Origin: Nitrospirota bacterium
GTDB taxonomy: Bacteria; Nitrospirota; Thermodesulfovibrionia; Thermodesulfovibrionales; Dissulfurispiraceae
NCBI GenBank assembly: GCA_963790025.1
Contig: CAWBMP010000002.1
Span: forward strand, 64,001-128,000
Length of the DNA: 64,000 bases
Reading direction: 5' to 3'
Part shown: positions 38,930 through 49,500 of the stretch, piece after piece
Position numbering within the stretch: position 1 is the first letter of the stretch
Layout of the letters: the number at the start of each line of letters is the position of its first letter
Made by a program: the position numbers and the translations under genes
The notes under the pieces: model-generated
Told to the model about the DNA's origin: nothing
The model's database searches: none
The model's input: only the letters and a program-made list of their open reading frames with translations

Positions 38930-39787
38930 ATGCGCGGACCTTTTTTCAATAATGTAACAATTGTCGGCGTCGGCTTGATCGGGGCCTCGTGTGCCCTCGT
39001 CCTTAAGAAAAGGGGACTTTGCGGGACAGTCTGCGGTTATGGCAGAAAAGAAGCTAATTTAAAAGAGGCAAGAAAACGGGGCATTATAAACGAATACAGC
39101 CTCGAAATCGGAAATGCTTGTGAGCGTGCAGACCTTGTTGTCCTCGCGACTCCGGTCGGCTTATTTCAGAAGCTCCTGCGCGAGATGCGTGATCATTTAA
39201 AGAAGAAAGCACTCGTTACTGATGTTGGCAGCGTAAAAGGGCCGCTCGTCAATGAACTGGAAGCCATGATGCCGGAAGGCGCGCACTATATCGGCTCTCA
39301 TCCTATAGCGGGAAGCGACAGCTCAGGCATTGCCCATGCCCGCGCAGACCTTTTCGAGCGGGCGCGGTGCATCGTTACTCCTACGGCCTGCTCAGACAAA
39401 AAGGCACAGCAAAAAATCATTTCCATGTGGGAATCATTTGGCGGCAATGTTGAAATAATGGACCCGATGCTGCATGATGAGATTTATGCAGCGGTAAGTC
39501 ACCTCCCGCATCTAATTGCCTATGCGCTGGTAAATACGGTAAACGACAGCAACGTCGAATATTTGAAATACGCAGGACCCGGATTCAAGGACACTACACG
39601 GATAGCGCTCAGTTCACCCGAGTTGTGGAGGGACGTCGCACTTCTTAACGGCAACAATCTTGCTGCACTGATAGAACGATTCGGGAACAATCTCAAAGCC
39701 ATGTCCTCACTGATCAGAAATACGGATGCCGCAGGACTGGAACATGCATTCTCAAAAGCCCGATCGTTAAGAAAAAAATTAGAATAA
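38930..39787 (+). CDS. tyrA: Prephenate/arogenate dehydrogenase
   Basis: GVGLIG, DVGSVK, HPIAG, HD...SHLPH, DTTRIA. Confidence 0.92.
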   Translation: MRGPFFNNVTIVGVGLIGASCALVLKKRGLCGTVCGYGRKEANLKEARKRGIINEYSLEIGNACERADLVVLATPVGLFQKLLREMRDHLKKKALVTDVGSVKGPLVNELEAMMPEGAHYIGSHPIAGSDSSGIAHARADLFERARCIVTPTACSDKKAQQKIISMWESFGGNVEIMDPMLHDEIYAAVSHLPHLIAYALVNTVNDSNVEYLKYAGPGFKDTTRIALSSPELWRDVALLNGNNLAALIERFGNNLKAMSSLIRNTDAAGLEHAFSKARSLRKKLE

Positions 39788-41085
39788 TGGAAAGCATTGC
39801 ATTAAAGAAAAGCAGGGGACTGAGGGGGGAGTTGCTGCTGCCCCCTGATAAGTCCATCTCTCACCGGGCCATCATGTTTGCTGCGATTGCCAGGGGGAAG
39901 AGTACGGTGAGAAACCTTCTAAAAGCGGACGATCCGTTAAGCACTCTGAATGCCTTCAAAATGCTGGGTATCGAAATTTTGGGAGATGACAACAGTGAAA
40001 TAATAGTAAACGGCAGGGGACTTTACGGACTCAAAGAACCCTTTGATGTAATCGAGTGCGGCAATTCGGGGACCACTGTTAGACTCATCTCCGGCATCCT
40101 TGCAGGCAGCCCGTTCTTTTCGACGCTTACCGGCGATGCTTCCCTCAGGCAAAGGCCTATGGCGAGGGTTGTTGCTCCCCTTCAGGCAATGGGCGCCAAT
40201 ATTTCTGGTAGGGCCGGAGATACCTGTCTTCCCATGGCGATAAAAGGCGGCGGCCTTAAGGCCCTGCATTACGAAATGCCGGTAGCATCCGCCCAGGTAA
40301 AATCATGCCTTATTCTCGCTGGGCTCTATGCGGCCGGCGTTACGTCGATAACGGAGCCGTTTAAATCTCGTGACCACACAGAAAAGATGCTTGCTTCAAT
40401 GGGCGCACATATTGAATCAGGCGGTGCCGGCTTTACCGTGAAGATCGAGGGTGGTACTGAACTTAACGCGTTCGACTTGACCGTGCCTTCGGATTTTTCA
40501 TCGGCCGCATTTTTTATAGCGGCAGCCCTTATTGTGCCGGACTCCGAGCTTCTGATCAAAGGCGTCGGGATTAACCCTACAAGGACAGGCCTTATCGATG
40601 CAGCTAAAGATATGGGCGCCTCGATAGAATTGCTCAACAGGCGGGAAGTATCCGGTGAGCCCGTTGCCGATCTCTACTGCAAGTCTGCCGGTCCGCTCAG
40701 GGCCATCAAGATAAACAAAGAGGGCATCCCCGCTATTATCGATGAATTCCCCGTCCTCTGTGTCCTCGCGACACAGGCAGAGGGCATTACAGAGATACGC
40801 GGTGCGGCAGAATTGCGGGTAAAAGAATCCGACAGGATCAAAGCAATGGCCTCGGAGCTCAGAAAACTAGGCGTCGAGGTGGAGGAATATCCAGATGGCA
40901 TCGCTATAAAGGGTGCGACCGCATTAAAAGGCGGCAATGTCGAGAGTTTTGGGGACCATCGCATAGCCATGTCCATGGCAGTTGCCGCGCTTATAGCTGA
41001 AGGGACAACGATTATTAACAACGCCTCCTGCGTTGATATCTCGTTCCCGGGTTTTTTTAAGCAACTTGAGACCGTGACGCTATAA
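39787..41085 (+). CDS. aroA: EPSP synthase
   Basis: DKSISHR, GNSGT, SAQVK, RDHTE, RVKESDR, DHRIAM. Confidence 0.97.
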   Translation: MESIALKKSRGLRGELLLPPDKSISHRAIMFAAIARGKSTVRNLLKADDPLSTLNAFKMLGIEILGDDNSEIIVNGRGLYGLKEPFDVIECGNSGTTVRLISGILAGSPFFSTLTGDASLRQRPMARVVAPLQAMGANISGRAGDTCLPMAIKGGGLKALHYEMPVASAQVKSCLILAGLYAAGVTSITEPFKSRDHTEKMLASMGAHIESGGAGFTVKIEGGTELNAFDLTVPSDFSSAAFFIAAALIVPDSELLIKGVGINPTRTGLIDAAKDMGASIELLNRREVSGEPVADLYCKSAGPLRAIKINKEGIPAIIDEFPVLCVLATQAEGITEIRGAAELRVKESDRIKAMASELRKLGVEVEEYPDGIAIKGATALKGGNVESFGDHRIAMSMAVAALIAEGTTIINNASCVDISFPGFFKQLETVTL

Positions 41086-41119
41086 TACTTTGACACTTTA
41101 ATACTTTAAAGGAGCTTAT

Positions 41120-41887
41120 ATGGATACTGTAAAAATCGGTATTATCGGGGGCTCCGGCCTGGACGACCCCCGCATTATGAAAGAAGGCAGGGTGAAAAAG
41201 GTGGCCACCCCTTACGGCAGTCCTTCTTCACCCCTCACCGTGGGTAAGATAAATGGAGTGAATGCAGTTATTCTGGCACGCCACGGCAAAGACCATTCGA
41301 TATATCCTTCTGGCGTTAATTACAGGGCCAATATACATGCACTCAAAAAAGAGGGTTGTACGCATATCCTTGCCACCACGGCTGTAGGGTCTCTGCGAGA
41401 ACGGATTAAGCCCGGGCATTTAGTCTTTGTGGACCAGTTTATCGATTTTACAAAACACAGGCCCCTTACCTTTCACGATAAGAAGGTCATCCACACTCCG
41501 ATGAGCGATCCCTGCTGCGCTATGCTCAGGTCCCTGTTAGTACTTTCTGCAAAGGAACTTAAGCTTAAATACCACGGCGAAGGCACTGTTATAACCATAG
41601 AAGGACCGCGCTTTTCCACGAAAGCGGAATCGCACATGTTCAGAAAGCTGGGGGCTGATGTAATCAATATGTCCACGGTGCCCGAAGTCATACTGGCAAG
41701 GGAGGTTGGAATCTGCTACCAGCCTATTGCAATGTCTACCGATTACGATTGCTGGAAAGAGGGAGAAGAGCCGGTCACATGGGAAATGATTGGCGCCATA
41801 ATGGCAAAAAACGCAGAGAACGTAAAAAAACTTCTTATAACAACTATCGGGAAAATAAAGTACACAGAATGCTCGTGCAAAATATAG
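41120..41887 (+). CDS. mtnP: S-methyl-5'-thioadenosine phosphorylase
   Basis: GIIGGSG, RHG, EGPRFST, NMST.PE, TDYDCW. Confidence 0.9.
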   Translation: MDTVKIGIIGGSGLDDPRIMKEGRVKKVATPYGSPSSPLTVGKINGVNAVILARHGKDHSIYPSGVNYRANIHALKKEGCTHILATTAVGSLRERIKPGHLVFVDQFIDFTKHRPLTFHDKKVIHTPMSDPCCAMLRSLLVLSAKELKLKYHGEGTVITIEGPRFSTKAESHMFRKLGADVINMSTVPEVILAREVGICYQPIAMSTDYDCWKEGEEPVTWEMIGAIMAKNAENVKKLLITTIGKIKYTECSCKI

Positions 41888-41908
41888 TGGCTTAGGAGGG
41901 AAGAAGAC

Positions 41909-42436
41909 ATGCCGATAAAATCGAAAATAAGAACGGTACCCGATTATCCAAAAAAAGGAATTATGTTCAGGGACATTACCACCCTCATTAAGGACCCTGT
42001 AGGGTTCAGGCTGGTTATAGACGGCCTTACGCAACGCTTTATAAAAGAGAACTTTGATGTTATTGTCGGCATAGAGTCAAGAGGGTTTATTATCGGCGGG
42101 GCGCTTTCCTATACACTTGGGAAAGGGTTCGTTCCCGTCAGAAAAGCTGGGAAACTCCCCGCTCAAAAAATAAGCCATGAGTATGCCCTTGAGTACGGGA
42201 CCGATACTATAGAAATGCACACAGATTCGATAACCGATGGGACCAGGGTGCTCCTGATAGATGATCTCCTTGCCACAGGAGGGACAGCTCTTGCTGCAGC
42301 AGCACTGATTGAAAAACTGGGAGGCATCGTTGTTGAAATGGCCTTCATCGTCAATCTGCCCGATGTAGGGGGGTCGGCAAAACTTAAGGCAAAAGGCTAT
42401 AAAGTATATTCGCTGACGGAATTTGAAGGAGACTAA
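41909..42436 (+). CDS. apt: Adenine phosphoribosyltransferase
   Basis: PDYPKKGIMFRDIT, LEYGT, DDLLATGGT. Confidence 0.97.
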   Translation: MPIKSKIRTVPDYPKKGIMFRDITTLIKDPVGFRLVIDGLTQRFIKENFDVIVGIESRGFIIGGALSYTLGKGFVPVRKAGKLPAQKISHEYALEYGTDTIEMHTDSITDGTRVLLIDDLLATGGTALAAAALIEKLGGIVVEMAFIVNLPDVGGSAKLKAKGYKVYSLTEFEGD

Positions 42437-42453
42437 ATAACAAGTAAAAAGTT

Positions 42454-43098
42454 ATGAAAAAAGTTCTTGCAATAGACGGTCCCTCGGGTTCCGGAAAAAG
42501 CACTATATCGAAGCTTCTGTCGGGGCGTCTGGGATTTCATTTTCTTGACACCGGGGCTCTTTATCGCGCCGTAGCACTGCACTTGAAAAGTGCTAATCTG
42601 CCGCCGGAACCCGGCGAAGCTGCGGTCCGCAGTGCACTGGACGGCCTGTCGGTATATTTTAAAGACGACCGGGTTTTTCTGAATGACAGAGACGTATCCG
42701 ATGAGATCAGGACTCCCGAGGCAGGACACTATGCTTCTGTTTTTTCGGCACGAAAGGCAGTAAGGGACTTCCTGCTTCAGATACAGCGCGATGCAGCACT
42801 CCACAATGATATTGTCGCCGAAGGAAGGGATATGACGACTGTTGTCTTTCCCGATGCATGGAGGAAATTCTATCTTGACGCTTCTGAAGAGAGCAGGGCC
42901 CAAAGAAGATACTTGCAATTAAGTGGAAAAGGGCTATCCATAACCATAGAAGAGGCGCTGAAAGATATCACCGACAGGGACAAACGAGACAGCCAGCGTG
43001 ACATCGCACCGCTTAAAAGGGCAGAGGATGCCATTTATATTGATACAACAAATATGACTCTGGAAGAAGTTGCCGCCGCTATTTTGTCTTATTTATAG
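42454..43098 (+). CDS. cmk: Cytidylate kinase
   Basis: IDGPSGSGKST, DTGALYR, EGRD. Confidence 0.96.
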   Translation: MKKVLAIDGPSGSGKSTISKLLSGRLGFHFLDTGALYRAVALHLKSANLPPEPGEAAVRSALDGLSVYFKDDRVFLNDRDVSDEIRTPEAGHYASVFSARKAVRDFLLQIQRDAALHNDIVAEGRDMTTVVFPDAWRKFYLDASEESRAQRRYLQLSGKGLSITIEEALKDITDRDKRDSQRDIAPLKRAEDAIYIDTTNMTLEEVAAAILSYL

Positions 43099-43232
43099 AT
43101 GAATAAATGGGTATATGAGAATATGACTTAAAATCGATCTGCTCTTAAGCCCATCTGTTCATTCACTCATATACTCATTCACTTATTTATAACACCTTGA
43201 ATAGTCTGTGCAAAATTCTGTATCCTACAAGT

Positions 43233-44135
43233 ATGAGGAATCAAGTTAAGGTTATAACGGCAAAAAGGGCCGGGTTCTGCTTCGGAGTAAAAAGGGCGGT
43301 TGACATGGCGTTCAACACCGCACAAAGCAGCAGCAATGTTTATACGCTGGGACCAATAATCCACAATCCCCAGGTCATTGAAAAATTGATATCCGAGGGT
43401 GTTAAGCCTACGAGTACCATTGATATCGTCGACATCAAAGCGCTAATCATAAGAACGCACGGCGTTCCGCGGGATATTTTGGAAAAATTGGGTCAAAAAT
43501 CCTATAAAGTCATTGATGCCACATGTCCTTTCGTGAAAAAGGCACAGCAATATGCTAAACTTTTAATGGAAGCGGGTTATCAGGTCGTCATTATCGGAGA
43601 CAAGGAACACCCCGAAGTGAAGGGGCTCATGAGTTATGCTGGTAAGGACGTCGTCGTGATCAATCGTGGAAAGAAGCTTCCTAAGCTGAAAAATAAGGTC
43701 GGGGTTGTAGTGCAAACAACCCAGCCTCTGTCGCTTTTAAAAGAAATTATGCTTGAAATGCTTGAGCACGTCAAGGAAATCAAGGTCTATAATACAATTT
43801 GCAATTCTACAGCGCTCAGGCTTAAAGAGACAAAGCAGATGGCAAAGGCAGTTGATATGGTGCTTGTTGTAGGCGGCAAGAATAGCGCCAACACGACACA
43901 GCTTGCCAATCTCTGCAATTCCATGTCGGTCCTCACATATCACATAGAGACCGCCTCCGAAATTAGGGAGGAATGGTTTTCCGGCGTGCAGAGCGTGGGC
44001 ATTACCGCCGGAGCTTCGACACCTGATTGGATCATCAAAGAGGTACAAGAAAGAATTAGAGATAGAGGAGGAAGGGCGCCTAATGGATACCCAGACAAAG
44101 GAAGAAACAAAAGAACTCGAAAAGCTATATGCTGA
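43233..44135 (+). CDS. ispH: 4-hydroxy-3-methylbut-2-enyl diphosphate reductase
   Basis: GFCFGV, DATCPFV, TICNST, SANT, TAGASTP. Confidence 0.96.
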   Translation: MRNQVKVITAKRAGFCFGVKRAVDMAFNTAQSSSNVYTLGPIIHNPQVIEKLISEGVKPTSTIDIVDIKALIIRTHGVPRDILEKLGQKSYKVIDATCPFVKKAQQYAKLLMEAGYQVVIIGDKEHPEVKGLMSYAGKDVVVINRGKKLPKLKNKVGVVVQTTQPLSLLKEIMLEMLEHVKEIKVYNTICNSTALRLKETKQMAKAVDMVLVVGGKNSANTTQLANLCNSMSVLTYHIETASEIREEWFSGVQSVGITAGASTPDWIIKEVQERIRDRGGRAPNGYPDKGRNKRTRKAIC

Positions 44136-45687
44136 AACGCTACACCGGGTAGAGAGAGGGTCAGTCACAAAGGGACGCATTATCTCGGTGAGAAGTGATA
44201 CAGTCGTCGTAGATGTCGGATATAAATCTGAAGGTATAATCCCGGCCTCGGAGTTTACAGAAGAAGACCTCGCAAAGCTTAAAGAGGGAGATGAAATAGA
44301 CGTCTTAGTCGAGAGAATAAACGATGAGGAGGGGGTCGTAATACTCTCAAAGGACAAGGCGCTGAAAATAAGGTCCCTTGAGGTCTTGACTGCCGCTTTT
44401 AACAATCATGAACGGATCGATGGCAGGATTATTGAGAAAACAAAGGGCGGATTGTTTGCCGATGTAATGGGCACAAAGGCATTTCTGCCGGCTTCCCAGA
44501 TAGATATTAAAGGAGTAAGAGACCTTGACGCCTATATTGGCCGGGTAGTTCCCCTGAAAATACTTAAACTGGTCCCGCAAAAAAGTTACTCCGGCCAAAC
44601 CTCTGGGCTTTCCATAATTGTATCACGACGGGTCGTCATCGAGGAGGAAAGAAACAATAAGAAGAAAGACACGCTTAAAGTCCTTAAAGAGGGCGCGCTC
44701 CTTAAAGGAACAGTGAAAAACATAACCGACTACGGCGTTTTCATCGACCTCGGCGGCATAGACGGGCTGCTTCATATATCGGACATATCATGGAGAAGGG
44801 TCAATCACCCTTCCGAGTTTTTCGCTCTTGGGAATGAGACAGAGTTTGTTGTCATCAAATTTGATGAACAATCGCAGAAAGTGACCCTGGGATACAAACA
44901 GAAAATAGCCGATCCCTGGCTGACAGTTGCCGAGAAATTCAAGCCCGGCATGAAGATAAAGGGCAAAGTGGTAACCATTGCCGACTACGGAGTTTTCATA
45001 GAAATCGAAGAGGGACTCGAGGGGCTCGTGCACGTTTCGGAACTGGATTGGGCCCCGCGCCTTAAACATCCCTCAAAGTATGTTTCGGTCGGCAGCGAGG
45101 TGGAGGCGGTCGTATTAAGTATTAACAAGGAGGAGAGACGTCTGTCTCTAAGCATCAAACAGCTCTCGCCAAAACCATGGGATATCGTGGGCGCGCAGTA
45201 CAAAGTTGGAGATATCGTTACAGGAAAAATCAAAACGATCACCGATTTCGGAGCATTTATGAGGCTCCCCGAGGGCGTAGACGGGTTGATTCACATTTCC
45301 GACCTTTCCTGGACCAAACACATCAAGCATCCGTCTGAAGCACTCAAGAAGGGCCAGAAGATAGACGCTGTCGTACTAAGCATCGATCCCGAAAAGGAGC
45401 GGATGGCCCTCGGCATAAAGCAATTGTCACCCGATCCATGGCAAAATGAAATACCGGCAAAATTCAAACTTGGCGCGGAGTTTAAAGGAAGAGTATTAAG
45501 GGTCACCGATTTCGGCATGTTTGTCGAACTGGAAGGAGACGTTGAGGGGCTTGTCTACTCGTCGGAGATAGATACCTCGAAAGAGATAAAAGAGGACAGT
45601 GAGATTAATGTAAGAATCATAAAATTAAATATTGAGGACAGGAAAATAGGCCTCAGCATGAAAAACCTTAAAACATATGAAAGCTAA
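44083..45687 (+). CDS. rpsA: 30S ribosomal protein S1
   Basis: Repeated S1 domains (DYGVF...GLLHISD). Confidence 0.96.
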   Translation: MDTQTKEETKELEKLYAETLHRVERGSVTKGRIISVRSDTVVVDVGYKSEGIIPASEFTEEDLAKLKEGDEIDVLVERINDEEGVVILSKDKALKIRSLEVLTAAFNNHERIDGRIIEKTKGGLFADVMGTKAFLPASQIDIKGVRDLDAYIGRVVPLKILKLVPQKSYSGQTSGLSIIVSRRVVIEEERNNKKKDTLKVLKEGALLKGTVKNITDYGVFIDLGGIDGLLHISDISWRRVNHPSEFFALGNETEFVVIKFDEQSQKVTLGYKQKIADPWLTVAEKFKPGMKIKGKVVTIADYGVFIEIEEGLEGLVHVSELDWAPRLKHPSKYVSVGSEVEAVVLSINKEERRLSLSIKQLSPKPWDIVGAQYKVGDIVTGKIKTITDFGAFMRLPEGVDGLIHISDLSWTKHIKHPSEALKKGQKIDAVVLSIDPEKERMALGIKQLSPDPWQNEIPAKFKLGAEFKGRVLRVTDFGMFVELEGDVEGLVYSSEIDTSKEIKEDSEINVRIIKLNIEDRKIGLSMKNLKTYES

Positions 45688-46531
45688 GAAAATCTTTATT
45701 TTTATTGCAGCCTTTATTTTGTTTCTGCTTGTTTTAAGCTCTTTTTTAACATTTTTTCAGCGCAAGATATCCTTTGGCAACAAGGTGGCAATAGTTAGGA
45801 TTGAAGGACCTATCATAGAGGCAAAATCAATTATCGATGAAATAGACGGCTATGCAAAAGACAGCTCAATAAAAGCCATCGTTCTAAGAGTTAACAGCCC
45901 CGGGGGCGGTGTCGTCCCTTCACAAGAAATATATGACGGGGTAAAAAAGGCCGCCGCCCTAAAAAAAGTTGTCGTGTCGATGGGTTCGGTTGCTGCATCA
46001 GGCGGTTACTATATTTCTGCACCCGCAACGAAAATAGTCGCTAATCCCGGCACTATTACGGGCTCCATAGGAGTAATTATGGAAGTGCCCAATGTTAAAG
46101 GACTTATGGATAAGCTGGGATTGAAAACAGAAGTTATAAAGAGCGGTAAACATAAAGATATTGCCTCTCCTTTTAGAAGCATAGGCGCAGAGGAGCGGGA
46201 GATACTGCAGAGCGTTATGGACGATGTCCACGAACAGTTTATAGCAGCAGTATCCGCGGGGAGAAAGCTTTCTGTTGAAGCTGTGCGAAAAATCGCTGAC
46301 GGCAGGGTATTTTCCGGAAGACAGGCAATAAAAGCTGGACTCGTGGATGAGCTTGGAGACCTCGATTACGCGGTCAAGGCTGCCGCCCGTATGGCAGGAA
46401 TAAAAGGGGAGCCCGAAATAGTAACCAAGAAGGAAAAGTCTTCCCTTTTGGACCTGTTTAGGAGCGAGATACATGAAAGCGTGTCAAAGTTACTCCCCTC
46501 ACTGGAACTAAAATACATGTATGTACCGTAA
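45677..46531 (+). CDS. sppA: Signal peptide peptidase SppA
   Basis: NSPGG, AASGGYY, GSIGV. Confidence 0.93.
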   Translation: MKAKKIFIFIAAFILFLLVLSSFLTFFQRKISFGNKVAIVRIEGPIIEAKSIIDEIDGYAKDSSIKAIVLRVNSPGGGVVPSQEIYDGVKKAAALKKVVVSMGSVAASGGYYISAPATKIVANPGTITGSIGVIMEVPNVKGLMDKLGLKTEVIKSGKHKDIASPFRSIGAEEREILQSVMDDVHEQFIAAVSAGRKLSVEAVRKIADGRVFSGRQAIKAGLVDELGDLDYAVKAAARMAGIKGEPEIVTKKEKSSLLDLFRSEIHESVSKLLPSLELKYMYVP

Positions 46532-46640
46532 AGAAAATAACAGGCAATAGGCAATAGGCTATGGAAGAAATTTTATGCCCTATAACCTATTGCCTATCGC
46601 CAATTGCTTATAGTTTACTAATTATTTACGGAGGAGAGAA

Positions 46641-46934
46641 ATGACAAAATCGGTATTAATTGAAAAGATGACGGAGAAAATCGAAGGCCTTACTAAAAAA
46701 CAGGTTGAAACCATTATTAACACAATATTCGATGGAATGAAAGATGCCCTCGCCCGTGGTGAAAAAATTGAAATCAGAGGCTTCGGAAATTTCAGAATAA
46801 AACAAAGAAACGCAAAGATTGCGAGAAACCCGAGGACCGGTGAAAAAGTCGAAGTGCCCTCAAAGAAAGTATTGCATTTTAAGCTGGGCAAGCCCTTTCA
46901 TGATGCACTTAACGGGCCGTCACAGGAGAAGTAA
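46641..46934 (+). CDS. ihfB: Integration host factor beta subunit (IHF/HU family)
   Basis: IEIRGFGNF, ARNPRTGE; rpsA-sppA-ihfB synteny. Confidence 0.85.
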   Translation: MTKSVLIEKMTEKIEGLTKKQVETIINTIFDGMKDALARGEKIEIRGFGNFRIKQRNAKIARNPRTGEKVEVPSKKVLHFKLGKPFHDALNGPSQEK

Positions 46935-46953
46935 TCTTCTGAGATGACCCCTT

Positions 46954-47949
46954 GTGATGGTTGGGATGCCCTGTCTTCTGGATATTAAAAACCTCTCGGT
47001 ATCGTTCTCCACCGATATAGGGGCTTTGAAAGTCGTTTCCGGCATTTCGCTTGAGATAAAGAAATCCGAGGTTTTCGGGTTAGCGGGCGAAAGCGGCTGC
47101 GGCAAGAGCCTTACTGCCTTATCTATTCTGAATATCCTCCCCCCGTATGCGTATACCGAAGGAGAAATATTCTTCAATGACAGAAATCTTTTGATACTTA
47201 GCGACGATGAAATGCGGCAAATACGGGGAAAAGACATTTCTATGGTTTTTCAGGAGCCTATGACCTCGCTTAATCCTGTATTGACAGTTGGTTACCAGGT
47301 AGCTGAAGTGCTGATTACCCATTTGAGCATATCTAAAAAAGAGGCAATGGGCAAAGCCGTTGAATTATTGCGGGCGGTAAAAATACCGGCCCCTGAATCG
47401 AGGGTCAAAGATTATCCCCACCAGTTGTCCGGAGGAATGCGGCAGCGTGTAATGATTGCAATGGCAATAGCCTGTAACCCTTCCCTCCTTATCGCGGACG
47501 AGCCGACTACTGCGCTGGACGTAACTATACAGGCACAGATACTTTCGCTTCTCCAGGAGTTAAGAAGGGAAAGGCATATGGCGGTCCTCCTCATTACTCA
47601 CGATCTGAGCATCATTTCCGAACAAGCAGACAGAGTTGCAATAATGTATGCCGGAAGAATAATGGAACTTGCCGGCGTGCGGGAACTATTCGAGAACGCC
47701 TCGCATCCCTATACGGTCGGCCTTCTTGAATCACTTCCGGTTTCAAGGGGCACAGCCCTGAAACCTATAGCGGGTTTCGTCCCTTCGCCAGGGCATTTGC
47801 CTGAAGGATGCAAATTCTCCGACAGGTGCTTTGCTATGGTCCCCGAATGCAGGAGGGCAGAGCCCCAGCTGGAGAAGATTGTCGATAAACATTATGTACG
47901 ATGCATTCGCTGGGAAGAGGTGCAAAAGGGTATAGTGGTATCGGGATGA
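46954..47949 (+). CDS. Oligo/dipeptide ABC transporter ATPase (OppD/DppD)
   Basis: GESGCGKS, LSGGMRQR, DEPTTALD, HPY, C-terminal cysteines. Confidence 0.92.
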   Translation: MMVGMPCLLDIKNLSVSFSTDIGALKVVSGISLEIKKSEVFGLAGESGCGKSLTALSILNILPPYAYTEGEIFFNDRNLLILSDDEMRQIRGKDISMVFQEPMTSLNPVLTVGYQVAEVLITHLSISKKEAMGKAVELLRAVKIPAPESRVKDYPHQLSGGMRQRVMIAMAIACNPSLLIADEPTTALDVTIQAQILSLLQELRRERHMAVLLITHDLSIISEQADRVAIMYAGRIMELAGVRELFENASHPYTVGLLESLPVSRGTALKPIAGFVPSPGHLPEGCKFSDRCFAMVPECRRAEPQLEKIVDKHYVRCIRWEEVQKGIVVSG

Positions 47950-48743
47950 CGCCTTTATTGACTGTCGATTCTATCAGGAAGCATTTCCCCGTGAGGACCG
48001 GCCCTGGCAAGCCGGAAAAATGGATTAAGGCCGTTGACGGCATAAGCTTCGAGGTAAAAAGAGACCGTGTGTTTGCTATTGTCGGTGAGAGCGGGTGCGG
48101 TAAATCGACAGTGGCGAGAATGATACTGAAGCTGCTACGGCCGACTGAAGGAGCAATTTTTTTCAAAGGTGAAAACATTGCAGGATTTAGCGGTGAGAAC
48201 CTCAAACAGTTCAGAAGGTCTGTTCAGATAGTATTCCAGGACCCCTTTGCGTCACTTAATCCGCGGATGAGAATTATTGACACGTTATCAGAGCCCTTAA
48301 AGATCCATAATATCCTTCCTAAGAATGATATTCCAAACAGAGTAGTACAGCTTTTGGATCAGGTGGGTCTTAATAAGGACGCCTTATACCGGTATCCCCA
48401 CGAGTTCAGCGGCGGACAGCGTCAGCGGGTCTGCATTGCGCGGGCACTTGCACTTTCACCAGAATTGATTATTGCAGACGAACCGCTTTCTGCACTCGAT
48501 GTCTCGATCCAGGCACAAATTCTCAATCTCTTCGATAAAATCAGGAAGACTTCGGCCATATCCTTTATCTTTATAAGTCATGATCTGAAGGTTGTACGCT
48601 ACTTCAGCGATGAAGTAGCCGTTATGCACCTGGGCAAAATAGTTGAACAGGCCAAAACCGAAGATCTGTTCCGGTCACCGGGACATCCCTACACAGAATT
48701 GCTGCTGTCTTCAGCACCGAAAATAAAGTATATGCGTAAATAA
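47946..48743 (+). CDS. Oligo/dipeptide ABC transporter ATPase (OppF/DppF), short C-terminus
   Basis: GESGCGKS, FSGGQRQR, HPYT; ATGA overlap with the upstream gene. Confidence 0.9.
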   Translation: MTPLLTVDSIRKHFPVRTGPGKPEKWIKAVDGISFEVKRDRVFAIVGESGCGKSTVARMILKLLRPTEGAIFFKGENIAGFSGENLKQFRRSVQIVFQDPFASLNPRMRIIDTLSEPLKIHNILPKNDIPNRVVQLLDQVGLNKDALYRYPHEFSGGQRQRVCIARALALSPELIIADEPLSALDVSIQAQILNLFDKIRKTSAISFIFISHDLKVVRYFSDEVAVMHLGKIVEQAKTEDLFRSPGHPYTELLLSSAPKIKYMRK

Positions 48744-48835
48744 GCATACAGCGTTCAGGATACTGCGTTCCAGGGACAACTCAAGAAACTTAATTTTAGG
48801 ATTTTAAGATTTCAGAAAGCTGAACGCTGTATGCT
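48743..48835. repeat. 16-bp perfect inverted repeat between convergent genes
   Basis: AGCATACAGCGTTCAG (48743-48758) / CTGAACGCTGTATGCT (48820-48835). Confidence 0.8.
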
Positions 48836-49455
48836 CATTTATTAATATACCCTTCTATTTTCCTGACCAGTTCAGGATCGGTCCAGTTTTCTTCCCCGAA
48901 GTACTTCTCCACAATTACGCCTTTCTTATCGATCAGGTAGCTCGTAGGCAGTGCAAACACTTTATAAAGAAATTTTGACACAGAAAGACTCTCATCAACC
49001 AGCACGGTAAAGTCTGCAGATTCTCCCTTCAGAAACTCCCTGACATCCGCAACTGAACGATCAGTGGAAACTGCAATAATTGAGAATTTCCTGTTTTTAA
49101 ACTGCCGGCCCAACTTATTCATAGAAGGCATCTCCTCTTTGCAGGCCGGACACCAAGTTGCCCAAAAGTTCAGCAGCACCACCCTGCCTTTATAAGAAGA
49201 CAAGGAGAAAGCAACGCCCTTTACATCTTTTAATGTAAAATCAGGGGCCCGTTGGTTAGTTAGCTTATCTGCTGCAAATGGAGAGGGGTTTGCAGCAAAA
49301 GCAGAAGGCCGCGAAAAATAGAAAGTAAGCAGCAGGCAGCAGGCAGCCAGCAGCGCACAGAACACAGAATTCAGACGGCAACAAACAATACAAAGCAAAC
49401 GGAAACCTGACCACAACTTTCTTGTCGCTTGTTTTTTGTTCATCCTTCCGCCCAC
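48835..49455 (-). CDS. TlpA/ResA-family thiol-disulfide oxidoreductase
   Basis: APDFTL, NFWATWCPACKEEMP; start uncertain. Confidence 0.88.
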   Translation of the reverse strand: MGGRMNKKQATRKLWSGFRLLCIVCCRLNSVFCALLAACCLLLTFYFSRPSAFAANPSPFAADKLTNQRAPDFTLKDVKGVAFSLSSYKGRVVLLNFWATWCPACKEEMPSMNKLGRQFKNRKFSIIAVSTDRSVADVREFLKGESADFTVLVDESLSVSKFLYKVFALPTSYLIDKKGVIVEKYFGEENWTDPELVRKIEGYINK

Positions 49456-49500
49456 TATTTTCTTTTGTCTTCTGCCTACTGCTTACTGCCTACTATTTTC

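Noticed and set aside
44083..44135. Frameshifted ispH-rpsA fusion
   Set aside because: rpsA has its own GGAGG RBS and ATG; a simple 53-nt overlap is sufficient
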